Of a stretch of 64,000 nt of DNA, positions 44,808 to 64,000 are shown piece by piece (positions within the stretch are counted from its first letter, which is position 1; each line of letters opens with the position of its first letter). The DNA comes from the human T2T-CHM13v2.0 reference genome, Homo sapiens. The notes beneath the pieces are model-generated. The model saw only the letters and a list, made by a program, of their open reading frames with translations. It was not told the origin of the DNA and ran no database searches. The stretch lies in assembly GCF_009914755.1 (NCBI RefSeq), contig NC_060948.1; one strand, given 5' to 3'. The translations under genes were made by a program, and so were the position numbers.

Positions 44808-46914
44808 AGATCCATATTTTGTAAATGAAAAAAAATTTCAAAGTTACTCTGCTTGGTACAATAATCAAATGTATAAACTGAGGAATAAAACATAACCATG
44901 AAACCTACTTATAACTGCATATGGAAAATACAGAGGATAATTTTTTAAATAACATATTTTGAAAGCCTTAACTAGTAATTTGAAGAGTTGGCATTTGAAA
45001 GGCCAGTATGAATAAACCTTCAAAGCAGCAACACAGGTTCCCCATGAGAAAAAGCAAACACAGGGAAAATAAAAACACAAAGGTTCAATCTCTTCTGACC
45101 TTTGAAAGACACAGCACAGACAGTGGTCCTTAGGACGAAGAGCAGGAGACCCCTAATTCCGTCACCATGGCGATAGGGCATAAACATTGCTGGGTGAGGG
45201 CACAATCCACATTGTGAGGTCCAACTGCTGCCAGGAAGACAGGAGTGCTTTTACATAGACCGAAAGGTCATTGAAGGCTCAGAGTTTTGTTTCAAGAACT
45301 GAATCCCAAGCCCACACGTTATTAGGCTGCGCTTCTTAAAACAAGTTATGAGATGGGAAAAAGGGCACCCACAAACATACGTATACATTATGTATATAAT
45401 AATATACTGTATCATATATATAATATATATAACCTATGTATAATATTGTTTTACATCCTGCATCTTATGTTATATATATTGTATAAAATATAATAATTGA
45501 TAATATATAAGTTTTATAATTATACAATATGACATATAGTATATATTATAATTTATGACATATATAATATATGTTATATATCATATATAGAATATATTAT
45601 ACGGTTAATATACGTATTAAATATAAATTATACCTTATATATATTATATATAATATATCTGTTATATATAATACCCATTATGCATAATATATATATTATG
45701 TCTATGTTATATATAGTATAAAACAACATATTATAATATATAATTGTATATATAAAATGCGACATATAATATATATTATATTTTATAACATATGTAATAT
45801 ATATTATATATTATATATAATACGTTGTATGTATAATACCTATATTAAATATATATTATATGACTATGTTATTAATTACATGTCACATGTGTTATATATT
45901 ATATATTTTACATAGAATATACCGGTTACATACAATATATACTATGTTACCTATAATGTATAATTTATTACATGTAAAATAAAGAATGCAATATATTATG
46001 TATAATTTATAATATACAATATGTGGAATGTGACATATGTAACATATAATATATGATATATGATATACAGTATATGATATATAACATACAATATATGATT
46101 CCTAATATATATGGTATACAATATATATTTTATGATATGTATTCTATATGTTTTATATTCTGTTATATATAACTATTTGAAATTATATATAACTGTATAA
46201 TATTTTATGTAAATATGTAATATAATATATATAACTATATAATATATTATATATAACTATATATTATGTTATATATACTTTTATAACATAATTTACATAA
46301 AATATCATAATATAATATATATTATATTATTTCATATTACATAATATATATTACATATCACCCAATATAACTAACATACATAATATTATAATATAGATTA
46401 TATTATGTTATATTAAATATCATATATATCATGTATCATATATTCTATAATATATATTACACATTATATAATATGTATGTTGTCTATTATGTGATATATA
46501 TAACTCAATATATAATTATATTTTTATACATATAACTAGATAAACATGTAATTCTACATATTTTCATTTATAATATGTAGAATTATATAATCATATATAA
46601 TTATTTATATTCTATAAAAAATTTTATCATTATATAAATTATAATATATAAAAATTATAATATGTACTACAAATATATATATATTATATATCATATATGA
46701 TATAGTACCTTTGTTATATATCATAATACATATAAATGTGTATTATGTTATCTATAATTATATAATTTCATATATAAGATGTATAATATGTATCATATAT
46801 TATATATGTTATGTAATATATATAGTATATATAAGATGACACAGGATAAATATTATATACTATGACATATAAAATATATGAGGTTATATGTTACATATAA
46901 GGCATAGCACATAA

Positions 46915-47229
<315 letters not shown>

Positions 47230-49336
47230 AGATCCATATTTTGTAAATGAAAAAAAATTTCAAAGGTACTCTGCTTGGTACAATAATCAAATGTATAAAC
47301 TGAGGAATAAAACATAACCATGAAACCTACTTATAACTGCATATGGAAAATACAGAGGATAATTTTTTAAATAACATATTTTGAAAGCCTTAACTAGTAA
47401 TTTGAAGAGTTGGCATTTGAAAGGCCAGTATGAATAAACCTTCAAAGCAGCAACACAGGTTCCCCATGAGAAAAAGCAAACACAGGGAAAATAAAAACAC
47501 AAAGGTTCAATCTCTTCTGACCTTTGAAAGACACAGCACAGACAGTGGTCCTTAGGACGAAGAGCAGGAGACCCCTAATTCCGTCACCATGGCGATAGGG
47601 CATAAACATTGCTGGGTGAGGGCACAATCCACATTGTGAGGTCCAACTGCTGCCAGGAAGACAGGAGGGCTTTTACATAGACCGAAAGGTCATTGAAGGC
47701 TCAGAGTTTTGTTTCAAGAACTGAATCCCAAGCCCACACGTTATTAGGCTGCGCTTCTTAAAACAAGTTATGAGATGGGAAAAAGGGCACCCACAAACAT
47801 ACGTATACATTATGTATATAATAATATACTGTATCATATATATAATATATATCACCTATGTATAATATTGTTTTACATCCTGCATCTTATGTTATATATA
47901 TTGTATAAAATATAATAATTGATAATATATAAGTTTTATAATTATACAATATGACATATAGTATATATTATAATTTATGACATATATAATATATGTTATA
48001 TATCATATATAGAATATATTATACGGTTAATATACGTATTAAATATAAATTATACCTTATATATATTATATATAATATATCTGTTATATATAATACCCAT
48101 TATGCATAATATATATATTATGTCTATGTTATATATAGTATAAAACAACATATTATAATATATAATTGTATATATAAAATGCGACATATAATATATATTA
48201 TATTTTATAACATATGTAATATATATTATATATTATATATAATACGTTGTATGTATAATACCTATATTAAATATATATTATATGACTATGTTATTAATTA
48301 CATGTCACATGTGTTATATATTATATATTTTACATAGAATATACCGGTTACATACAATATATACTATGTTACCTATAATGTATAATTTATTACATGTAAA
48401 ATAAAGAATGCAATATATTATGTATAATTTATAATATACAATATGTGGAATGTGACATATGTAACATATAATATATGATATATGATATACAGTATATGAT
48501 ATATAACATACAATATATGATTCCTAATATATATGGTATACAATATATATTTTATGATATGTATTCTATATGTTTTATATTCTGTTATATATAACTATTT
48601 GAAATTATATATAACTGTATAATATTTTATGTAAATATGTAATATAATATATATAACTATATAATATATTATATATAACTATATATTATGTTATATATAC
48701 TTTTATAACATAATTTACATAAAATATCATAATATAATATATATTATATTATTTCATATTACATAATATATATTACATATCACCCAATATAACTAACATA
48801 CATAATATTATAATATAGATTATATTATGTTATATTAAATATCATATATATCATGTATCATATATTCTATAATATATATTACACATTATATAATATGTAT
48901 GTTGTCTATTATGTGATATATATAACTCAATATATAATTATATTTTTATACATATAACTAGATAAACATGTAATTCTACATATTTTCATTTATAATATGT
49001 AGAATTATATAATCATATATAATTATTTATATTCTATAAAAAATTTTATCATTATATAAATTATAATATATAAAAATTATAATATGTACTGCAAATATAT
49101 ATATATTATATATCATATATGATATAGTACCTTTGTTATATATCATAATACATATAAATGTGTATTATGTTATCTATAATTATATAATTTCATATATAAG
49201 ATGTATAATATGTATCATATATTATATATGTTATGTAATATATATAGTATATATAAGATGACACAGGATAAATATTATATACTATGACATATAAAATATA
49301 TGAGGTTATATGTTACATATAAGGCATAGCACATAA

Positions 49337-49651
<315 letters not shown>

Positions 49652-51758
49652 AGATCCATATTTTGTAAATGAAAAAAAATTTCAAAGGTACTCTGCTTGG
49701 TACAATAATCAAATGTATAAACTGAGGAATAAAACATAACCATGAAACCTACTTATAACTGCATATGGAAAATACAGAGGATAATTTTTTAAATAACATA
49801 TTTTGAAAGCCTTAACTAGTAATTTGAAGAGTTGGCATTTGAAAGGCCAGTATGAATAAACCTTCAAAGCAGCAACACAGGTTCCCCATGAGAAAAAGCA
49901 AACACAGGGAAAATAAAAACACAAAGGTTCAATCTCTTCTGACCTTTGAAAGACACAGCACAGACAGTGGTCCTTAGGACGAAGAGCAGGAGACCCCTAA
50001 TTCCGTCACCATGGCGATAGGGCATAAACATTGCTGGGTGAGGGCACAATCCACATTGTGAGGTCCAACTGCTGCCAGGAAGACAGGAGTGCTTTTACAT
50101 AGACCGAAAGGTCATTGAAGGCTCAGAGTTTTGTTTCAAGAACTGAATCCCAAGCCCACACGTTATTAGGCTGCGCTTCTTAAAACAAGTTATGAGATGG
50201 GAAAAAGGGCACCCACAAACATACGTATACATTATGTATATAATAATATACTGTATCATATATATAATATATATAACCTATGTATAATATTGTTTTACAT
50301 CCTGCATCTTATGTTATATATATTGTATAAAATATAATAATTGATAATATATAAGTTTTATAATTATACAATATGACATATAGTATATATTATAATTTAT
50401 GACATATATAATATATGTTATATATCATATATAGAATATATTATACGGTTAATATACGTATTAAATATAAATTATACCTTATATATATTATATATAATAT
50501 ATCTGTTATATATAATACCCATTATGCATAATATATATATTATGTCTATGTTATATATAGTATAAAACAACATATTATAATATATAATTGTATATATAAA
50601 ATGCGACATATAATATATATTATATTTTATAACATATGTAATATATATTATATATTATATATAATACGTTGTATGTATAATACCTATATTAAATATATAT
50701 TATATGACTATGTTATTAATTACATGTCACATGTGTTATATATTATATATTTTACATAGAATATACCGGTTACATACAATATATACTATGTTACCTATAA
50801 TGTATAATTTATTACATGTAAAATAAAGAATGCAATATATTATGTATAATTTATAATATACAATATGTGGAATGTGACATATGTAACATATAATATATGA
50901 TATATGATATACAGTATATGATATATAACATACAATATATGATTCCTAATATATATGGTATACAATATATATTTTATGATATGTATTCTATATGTTTTAT
51001 ATTCTGTTATATATAACTATTTGAAATTATATATAACTGTATAATATTTTATGTAAATATGTAATATAATATATATAACTATATAATATATTATATATAA
51101 CTATATATTATGTTATATATACTTTTATAACATAATTTACATAAAATATCATAATATAATATATATTATATTATTTCATATTACATAATATATATTACAT
51201 ATCACCCAATATAACTAACATACATAATATTATAATATAGATTATATTATGTTATATTAAATATCATATATATCATGTATCATATATTCTATAATATATA
51301 TTACACATTATATAATATGTATGTTGTCTATTATGTGATATATATAACTCAATATATAATTATATTTTTATACATATAACTAGATAAACATGTAATTCTA
51401 CATATTTTCATTTATAATATGTAGAATTATATAATCATATATAATTATTTATATTCTATAAAAAATTTTATCATTATATAAATTATAATATATAAAAATT
51501 ATAATATGTACTACAAATATATATATATTATATATCATATATGATATAGTACCTTTGTTATATATCATAATACATATAAATGTGTATTATGTTATCTATA
51601 ATTATATAATTTCATATATAAGATGTATAATATGTATCATATATTATATATGTTATGTAATATATATAGTATATATAAGATGACACAGGATAAATATTAT
51701 ATACTATGACATATAAAATATATGAGGTTATATGTTACATATAAGGCATAGCACATAA

Positions 51759-52073
<315 letters not shown>

Positions 52074-54178
52074 AGATCCATATTTTGTAAATGAAAAAAA
52101 ATTTCAAAGTTACTCTGCTTGGTACAATAATCAAATGTATAAACTGAGGAATAAAACATAACCATGAAACCTACTTATAACTGCATATGGAAAATACAGA
52201 GGATAATTTTTTAAATAACATATTTTGAAAGCCTTAACTAGTAATTTGAAGAGTTGGCATTTGAAAGGCCAGTATGAATAAACCTTCAAAGCAGCAACAC
52301 AGGTTCCCCATGAGAAAAAGCAAACACAGGGAAAATAAAAACACAAAGGTTCAATCTCTTCTGACCTTTGAAAGACACAGCACAGACAATGGTCCTTAGG
52401 ACGAAGAGCAGGAGACCCCTAATTCCGTCACCATGGCGATAGGGCATAAACATTGCTGGGTGAGGGCACAATCCACATTGTGAGGTCCAACTGCTGCCAG
52501 GAAGACAGGAGTGCTTTTACATAGACCGAAAGGTCATTGAAGGCTCAGAGTTTTGTTTCAAGAACTGAATCCCAAGCCCACACGTTATTAGGCTGCGCTT
52601 CTTAAAACAAGTTATGAGATGGGAAAAAGGGCACCCACAAACATACGTATACATTATGTATATAATAATATACTGTATCATATATATAATATATATAACC
52701 TATGTATAATATTGTTTTACATCCTGCATCTTATGTTATATATATTGTATAAAATATAATAATTGATAATATATAAGTTTTATAATTATACAATATGACA
52801 TATAGTATATATTATAATTTATGACATATATAATATATGTTATATATCATATATAGAATATATTATACGGTTAATATACGTATTAAATATAAATTATACC
52901 TTATATATATTATATATAATATATCTGTTATATATAATACCCATTATGCATAATATATATATTATGTCTATGTTATATATAGTATAAAACAACATATAAT
53001 AATATATAATTGTATATATAAAATGCGACATATAATATATATTATATTTTATAACATATGTAATATATATTATATATTATATATAATACGTTGTATGTAT
53101 AATACCTATATTAAATATATATTATATGACTATGTTATTAATTACATGTCACATGTGTTATATATTATATATTTTACATAGAATATACCGGTTACATACA
53201 ATATATACTATGTTACCTATTATGTATAATTTATTACATGTAAAATAAAGAATGCAATATATTATGTATAATTTATAATATACAATATGTGGAATGTGAC
53301 ATATGTAACATATAATATATGATATATGATATACAGTATATGATATATAACATACAATATATGATTCCTAATATATATGGTATACAATATATATTTTATG
53401 ATATGTATTCTATATGTTTTATATTCTGTTATATATAACTATTTGAAATTATATATAACTGTATAATATTTTATGTAAATATGTAATATAATATATATAA
53501 CTATATAATATATTATATATAACTATATATTATGTTATATATACTTTTATAACATAATTTACATAAAATATCATAATATAATATATATTATATTATTTCA
53601 TATTACATAATATATATTACATATCACCCAATATAACTAACATACATAATATTATAATATAGATTATATTATGTTATATTAAATATCATATATATCATGT
53701 ATCATATATTCTATAATATATATTACACATTATATAATATGTATGTTGTCTATTACGTGATATATATAACTCAATATATAATTATATTTTTATACATATA
53801 ACTAGATAAACATGTAATTCTACATATTTTCATTTATAATATGTAGAATTATATAATCATATATAATTATTTATATTCTATAAAAAATTTTATCATTATA
53901 TAAATTATAATATATAAAAATTATAATATGTACTACAAATATATATATTATATATCATATATGATATAGTACCTTTGTTATATATCATAATACATATAAA
54001 TGTGTATTATGTTATCTATAATTATATAATTTCATATATAAGATGTATAATATGTATCATATATTATATATGTTATGTAATATATATAGTATATATAAGA
54101 TGACACAGGATAAATATTATATACTATGACATATAAAATATATGAGGTTATATGTTACATATAAGGCATAGCACATAA

Positions 54179-54493
<315 letters not shown>

Positions 54494-56598
54494 AGATCCA
54501 TATTTTTTAAATGAAAAAAAATTTCAAAGGTACTCTGCTTGGTACAATAATCAAATGTATAAACTGAGGAATAAAACATAACCATGAAACCTACTTATAA
54601 CTGCATATGGAAAATACAGAGGATAATTTTTTAAATAACATATTTTGAAAGCCTTAACTAGTAATTTGAAGAGTTGGCATTTGAAAGGCCAGTATGAATA
54701 TACCTTCAAAGCAGCAACACAGGTTCCCCATGAGAAAAAGCAAACACAGGGAAAATAAAAACACAAAGGTTCAATCTCTTCTGACCTTTGAAAGACACAG
54801 CACAGACAGTGGTCCTTAGGACGAAGAGCAGGAGACCCCTAATTCCGTCACCATGGCGATAGGGCATAAACATTGCTGGGTGAGGGCACAATCCACATTG
54901 TGAGGTCCAACTGCTGCCAGGAAGACAGGAGTGCTTTTACATAGACCGAAAGGTCATTGAAGGCTCAGAGTTTTGTTTCAAGAACTGAATCCCAAGCCCA
55001 CACGTTATTAGGCTGCGCTTCTTAAAACAAGTTATGAGATGGGAAAAAGGGCACCCACAAACATACGTATACATTATGTATATAATAATATACAGTATCA
55101 TATATATAATATATATAACCTATGTATAATATTGTTTTACATCCTGCATCTTATGTTATATATATTGTATAAAATATAATAATTGATAATATATAAGTTT
55201 TATAATTATACAATATGACATATAGTATATATTATAATTTATGACATATATAATATATGTTATATGTCATATATAGAATATATTATACGGTTAATATACG
55301 TATTAAATATAAATTATACATTATATATATTATATATAATATATCTGTTATATATAATACCCATTATGCATAATATATATATTATGTCTATGTTATATAT
55401 AGTATAAAACAACATATAATAATATATAATTGTATATATAAAATGCGACATATAATATATATTATATTTTATAACATATGTAATATATATTATATATTAT
55501 ATATAATACGTTGTATGTATAATACCTATATTAAATATATATTATATGATTATGTTATTAATTACATGTCACATGTGTTATATATTATATATTTTACATA
55601 GAATATACCGGTTACATACAATATATACTATGTTACCTATAATGTATAATTGATTACATGTAAAATAAAGAATGCAATATATTATGTAAAATTTATAATA
55701 TACAATATGTGGAATGTGATATATGTAACATATAATATATGATATATGATATACAGTATATGATATATAACATACAATATATGATTCCTAATATATATGG
55801 TATACAATATATATTTTATGATATGTATTCTATATGTTTTATATTCTGTTATATATAACTATTTGAAATTATATATAACTGTATAATATTTTATGTAAAT
55901 ATGTAATATAATATATATAACTATATAATATATTATATATAACTATATATTATGTTATATATACTTTTATAACATAATTTACATAAAATATCATAATATA
56001 ATATATATTATATTTTTTCATATTACATAATATATATTACATATCACCCAATATAACTAACATACATAATATTATAATATAGATTATATTATGTTATATT
56101 AAATATCATATATATCATGTATCATATATTCTATAATATATATTACACATTATATAATATGTATGTTGTCTATTATGTGATATATATAACTATATATATA
56201 ATTATATTTTTATACATATAACTAGATAAACATGTAATTCTACATATTTTCATTTATAATATGTAGAATTATATAATCATATATAATTCTTTATATTCTA
56301 TAAAAAATTTTATCATTATATAAATTATAATATATAAAAATTATAATATGTACTACAAATATATATATTATATATCATATATGATATAGTACCTTTGTTA
56401 TATATCATAATACATATAAATGTGTATTATGTTATCTATAATTATATAATTTCATATATAAGTTGTATAATATGTATCATATATTATATATGTTATGTAA
56501 TATATATAGTATATATAAGATGACACAGGATAAATATTATATACTATGACATATAAAATATATGAGGTTATATGTTACATATAAGGCATAGCACATAA

Positions 56599-56913
<315 letters not shown>

Positions 56914-59018
56914 AGATCCATATTTTTTAAATGAAAAAAAATTTCAAAGGTGCTCTGCTTGGTACAATAATCAAATGTATAAACTGAGGAATAAAACATA
57001 ACCATGAAACCTACTTATAACTGCATATGGAAAATACAGAGGATAATTTTTTAAATAACATATTTTGAAAGCCTTAACTAGTAATTTGAAGAGTTGGCAT
57101 TTGAAAGGCCAGTATGAATATACCTTCAAAGCAGCAACACAGGTTCCCCATGAGAAAAAGCAAACACAGGGAAAATAAAAACACAAAGGTTCAATCTCTT
57201 CTGACCTTTGAAAGACACAGCACAGACAGTGGTCCTTAGGACGAAGAGCAGGAGACCCCTAATTCCGTCACCATGGCGATAGGGCATAAACATTGCTGGG
57301 TGAGGGCACAATCCACATTGTGAGGTCCAACTGCTGCCAGGAAGACAGGAGTGCTTTTACATAGACCGAAAGGTCATTGAAGGCTCAGAGTTTTGTTTCA
57401 AGAACTGAATCCCAAGCCCACACGTTATTAGGCTGCGCTTCTTAAAACAAGTTATGAGATGGGAAAAAGGGCACCCACAAACATACGTATACATTATGTA
57501 TATAATAATATACAGTATCATATATATAATATATATAACCTATGTATAATATTGTTTTACATCCTGCATCTTATGTTATATATATTGTATAAAATATAAT
57601 AATTGATAATATATAAGTTTTTTAATTATACAATATGACATATAGTATATATTATAATTGATGACATATATAATATATGTTATATATCATATATAGAGTA
57701 TATTATACGGTTAATATACGTAATAAATATAAATTATACCTTATATATATTATATATAATATATCTGTTATATATAATACCCATTATGCATAATATATAT
57801 ATTATGTCTATGTTATATATAGTATAAAACAACATATAATAATATATAATTGTATATATAAAATGCGACATATAATATATATTATATTTTATAACATATG
57901 TAATATATATCATATATTATATATAATACGTTGTATGTATAATACCTATATTAAATATATATTATATGACTATGTTATTAATTACATGTCACATGTGTTA
58001 TATATTATATATTTTACATAGAATATACCGGTTACATACAATATATACTATGTTACCTATAATGTATAATTGATTACATGTAAAATAAAGAATGCAATAT
58101 ATTATGTATAATTTATAATATACATTATGTGGAATGTGACATATGTAACATATAATATATGATATATGATATACAGTATATGATATATAACATACAATAT
58201 ATGATTCCTAATATATATGGTATACAATATATATTTTATGATATGTATTCTATATGTTTTATATTCTGTTATATATAACTATTTGAAATTATATATAACT
58301 GTATAATATTTTATGTAAATATGTAATATAATATATATAACTATATAATATATTATATATAACTATATATTATGTTATATATACTTTTATAACATAATTT
58401 ACATAAAATATCATAATATAATATATATTATATTATTTCATATTACATAATATATATTACATATCACCCAATATAACTAACATACATAATATTATAATAT
58501 AGATTATATTATGTTATATTAAATATCATATATATCATGTATCATATATTCTATAATATATATTACACATTATATAATATGTATGTTGTCTATTATGTGA
58601 TATATATAACTATATATATAATTATATTTTTATACATATAACTAGATAAACATGTAATTCTACATATTTTCATTTGTAATATGTAGAATTATATAATCAT
58701 ATATAATTATTTATATTCTATAAAAAATTTTATCATTATATAAATTATAATATATAAAAATTATAATATGTACTACAAATATATATATTATATATCATAT
58801 ATGATATAGTACCTTTGTTATATATCATAATACATATAAATGTGTATTATGTTATCTATAATTATATAATTTCATATATAAGATGTATAATATGTATCAT
58901 ATATTATATATGTTATGTAATATATATAGTATATATAAGATGACACAGGATAAATATTATATACTATGACATATAAAATATATGAGGTTATATGTTACAT
59001 ATAAGGCATAGCACATAA

Positions 59019-59333
<315 letters not shown>

Positions 59334-61461
59334 AGATCCGTATTTTTTAAATGAAAAAAAATTTCAAAGGTACTCTGCTTGGTACAATAATCAAATGTAT
59401 AAACTGAGGAATAAAACATAACCATGAAACCTACTTATAACTGCATATGGAAAATACAGAGGATAATTTTTTAAATAACATATTTTGAAAGCCTTAACTA
59501 GTAATTTGAAGAGTTGGCATTTGAAAGGCCAGTATGAATATACCTTCAAAGCAGCAACACAGGTTCCCCATGAGAAAAAGCAAACACAGGGAAAATAAAA
59601 ACACAAAGGTTCAATCTCTTCTGACCTTTGAAAGACACAGCACAGACAGTGGTCCTTAGGACGAAGAGCAGGAGACCCCTAATTCCGTCACCATGGCGAT
59701 AGGGCATAAACATTGCTGGGTGAGGGCACAATCCACATTGTGAGGTCCAACTGCTGCCAGGAAGACAGGAGTGCTTTTACATAGACCGAAAGGTCATTGA
59801 AGGCTCAGAGTTTTGTTTCAAGAACTGAATCCCAAGCCCACACGTTATTAGGCTGCGCTTCTTAAAACAAGTTATGAGATGGGAAAAAGGGCACCCACAA
59901 ACATACGTATACATTATGTATATAATAATATACAGTATCATATATATAATATATATAACCTATGTATAATATTGTTTTACATCCTGCATCTTATGTTATA
60001 TATATTGTATAAAATATAATAATTGATAATATATAAGTTTTATATTTATACAATATGACATATAGTATATATTATAATTTATGACATATATAATATATGT
60101 TATATGTCATATATAGAATATATTATACGGTTAATATACGTATTAAATATAAATTATACATTATATATATTATATATAATATATCTGTTATATATAATAC
60201 CCATTATGCATAATATATATATTGTGTCTATGTTATATATAGTATAAAACAACATATAATAATATATAATTGTATATATAAAATGCGACATATAATATAT
60301 ATTATATTTTATAACATATGTAATATATATTATATATTATATATAATACGTTGTATGTATAATACCTATATTAAATATATATTATATGACTATGTTATTA
60401 ATTACATGTCCCATGTGTTATATATTATATATTTTACATAGAATATACCGGTTACATACAATATATACTATGTTACCTATAATGTATAATTGATTACATG
60501 TAAAATAAAGAATGCAATATATTATGTAAAATTTATAATATACAATATGTGGAATGTGACATATGTAACATATAATATATGATATATGATATACAGTATA
60601 TGATATATAACATACAATATATGATTCCTAATATATATGGTATACAATATATATTTTATGATATGTATTCTATATGTTTTATATTCTGTTATATATAACT
60701 ATTTGAAATTATATATAACTGTATAATATTTTATGTAAATATGTAATATAATATATATAACTATATAATATATTATATATAACTATATATTATGTTATAT
60801 ATACTTTTATAACATAATTTACATAAAATATCATAATATAATATATATTATATTATTTCATATTACATAATATATATTACATATCACCCAATATAACTAA
60901 CATACATAATATTATAATATAGATTATATTATGTTATATTAAATATCATATATATCATGTATCATATATTCTATAATATATATTACACATTATATAATAT
61001 GTATGTTGTCTATTATGTGATATATATAACTATATATATAATTATATTTTTATACATATAACTAGATAAACATGTAATTCTACATATTTTCATTTGTAAT
61101 ATGTAGAATTATATAATCATATATAATTATTTATATTCTATAAAAAATTTCATCATTATATAAATTATAATATATAAAAATTATAATATGTACTACATAT
61201 ATATATATTATATATCATATATGATATAGTACCTTTGTTATATATCATAATACATATACATGTGTATTATGTTATCTATAATTATATAATTTCATATATA
61301 AGATGTATAATATGTATCATATATTATATATGTTATGTAATATATATAGTATATATAAGATGACACAGGATAAATATTATATACTATGACATATAAAATA
61401 TATGAGGTTATATGTTACATATAAGGCATAGCACATAACATGTAATATATATCATATATAA

Positions 61462-61753
61462 TTTTTTTTTAGACAGAATCTTGTCCTGTTGCACAGGGTG
61501 GGGTACAATGGCGCCATCTTTGCTCACTGCAACTTCTGCCTCACGGTTCCAAGCGATTGTCCTCCCTCAGCCTCCCAGGTAGCTGGGACTACACCACACT
61601 GGGACTACACCAGCTGCCACCATGCCTTGCTAATTTTTTGGATTTTTAGTAGTGACAGCGTTTCACTGTATTGGCCAGGATGGTCTTGATCTCTTCACCT
61701 TGTGATCCCCTTGCCTTGGCCTCCAAATTTGCTGGGATTACAGGCCTGAGCCA
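61462..61753 (-). mobile_element. Diverged Alu, unit 26
   Basis: Near-identical to 960-1251; catgccttgc variant. Confidence 0.93.
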
Positions 61754-63883
61754 AGATCCGTATTTTTTAAATGAAAAAAAATTTCAAAGGTACTCTGCTT
61801 GGTACAATAATCAAATGTATAAACTGAGGAATAAAACATAACCATGAAACCTACTTATAACTGCATATGGAAAATACAGAGGATAATTTTTTAAATAACA
61901 TATTTTGAAAGCCTTAACTAGTAATTTGAAGAGTTGGCATTTGAAAGGCCAGTATGAATATACCTTCAAAGCAGCAACACAGGTTCCCCATGAGAAAAAG
62001 CAAACACAGGGAAAATAAAAACACAAAGGTTCAATCTCTTCTGACCTTTGAAAGACACAGCACAGACAGTGGTCCTTAGGACGAAGAGCAGGAGACCCCT
62101 AATTCCGTCACCATGGCGATAGGGCATAAACATTGCTGGGTGAGGGCACAATCCACATTGTGAGGTCCAACTGCTGCCAGGAAGACAGGAGTGCTTTTAC
62201 ATAGACCGAAAGGTCATTGAAGGCTCAGAGTTTTGTTTCAAGAACTGAATCCCAAGCCCACACGTTATTAGGCTGCGCTTCTTAAAACAAGTTATGAGAT
62301 GGGAAAAAGGGCACCCACAAACATACGTATACATTATGTATATAATAATATACAGTATCATATATATAATATATATAACCTATGTATAATATTGTTTTAC
62401 ATCCTGCATCTTATGTTATATATATTGTATAAAATATAATAATTGATAATATATAAGTTTTATAATTATACAATATGACATATAGTATATATTATAATTT
62501 ATGACATATATAATATATGTTATATGTCATATATAGAATATATTATACGGTTAATATACGTATTAAATATAAATTATACATTATATATATTATATATAAT
62601 ATATCTGTTATATATAATACCCATTATGCATAATATATATATTATGTCTATGTTATATATAGTATAAAACAATATATAATAATATATAATTGTATATATA
62701 AAATGCGACATATAATATATATTATATTTTATAACATATGTAATATATATCATATATTATATATAATACGTTTTATGTATAATACCTATATTAAATATAT
62801 ATTATATGACTATGTTATTAATTACATGTCACATGTGTTATATATTATATATTTTACATAGAATATACCGGTTACATACAATATATACTATGTTACCTAT
62901 AATGTATAATTTATTACATGTAAAATAAAGAATGCAATATATTATGTATAATTTATAATATACAATATGTGGAATGTGACATATGTAACATATAATATAT
63001 GATATATGATATACAGTATATGATATATAACATACAATATATGATTCCTAATATATATGGTATACAATATATATTTTATGATATGTATTCTATATGTTTT
63101 ATATTCTGTTATATATAACTATTTGAAATTATATATAACTGTATAATATTTTATGTAAATATGTAATATAATATATATAACTATATAATATATTATATAT
63201 AACTATATATTATGTTATATATACTTTTATAACATAATTTACATAAAATATCATAATATAATATATATTATATTATTTCATATTACATAATATATATTAC
63301 ATATCACCCAATATAACTAACATACATAATATTATAATATAGATTATATTATGTTATATTAAATATCATATATATCATGTATCATATATTCTATAATATA
63401 TATTACACATTATATAATATGTATGTTGTCTATTATGTGATATATATAACTCAATATATAATTATATTTTTATACATATAACTAGATAAACATGTAATTC
63501 TACATATTTTCATTTGTAATATGTAGAATTATATAATCATATATAATTATTTATATTCTATAAAAAATTTTATCATTATATAAATTATAATATATAAAAA
63601 TTATAATATGTACTACAAATATATATATATTATATATCATATATGATATAGTACCTTTGTTATATATCATAATACATATAAATGTGTATTATGTTATCTA
63701 TAATTATATAATTTCATATATAAGATGTATAATATGTATCATATATTATATATGTTATGTAATATATATAGTATATATAAGATGACACAGGATAAATATT
63801 ATATACTATGACATATAAAATATATGAGGTTATATGTTACATATAAGGCATAGCACATAACATGTAATATATATCATATATAA

Positions 63884-64000
63884 TTTTTTTTTAGACAGAA
63901 TCTTGTCCTGTTGCACAGGGTGGGGTACAATGGCGCCATCTTTGCTCACTGCAACTTCTGCCTCACGGGTCCAAGCGATTGTCCTCCCTCAGCCTCCCAG
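63884..64000 (-). mobile_element. Diverged Alu, unit 27 (partial, cut by window edge)
   Basis: T9-agacagaatctt...cctcagcctcccag; only the 3' part of the Alu is inside the window. Confidence 0.9.

Noticed and set aside
47673-47855. 60-aa ORF found only in unit 20
   Set aside because: It is created by one private SNP near 47853 that yields an alternative start codon, and it has a low-complexity I/Y N-terminus.

Overview
The whole 64 kb is one uninterrupted head-to-tail tandem array of a ~2.42-kb composite repeat: about 26.4 copies, all in the same orientation, with periods of 2415-2422 bp taken from the spacing of the repeated ORFs. Each unit has three parts: (i) a ~290-bp diverged Alu on the minus strand with a fixed 16-bp internal duplication and a clipped 5' end, (ii) a ~570-bp mixed-composition HSATI-type core, and (iii) a ~1.55-kb AT-rich low-complexity domain. 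This architecture, the unit length and a predicted 2146-bp HaeIII fragment fit the human DYZ2/HSat1B satellite. The most likely source is Yq12 heterochromatin, although related HSat1B copies exist elsewhere. I can support no protein-coding gene, RNA gene or CRISPR array, and the ORF track only repeats chance frames once per unit. I found no new gene system. The interesting signal lies in the unit-specific variants: a cryptic ~31.5-33.9-kb (13-14 unit) higher-order duplication, two matching five-unit subfamily blocks, a near-perfect single-unit duplication, and several mosaic units that point to unequal exchange or gene conversion. Variants were read by eye and need confirming by alignment. Units are numbered by their Alu (unit 1 Alu = 960-1251).
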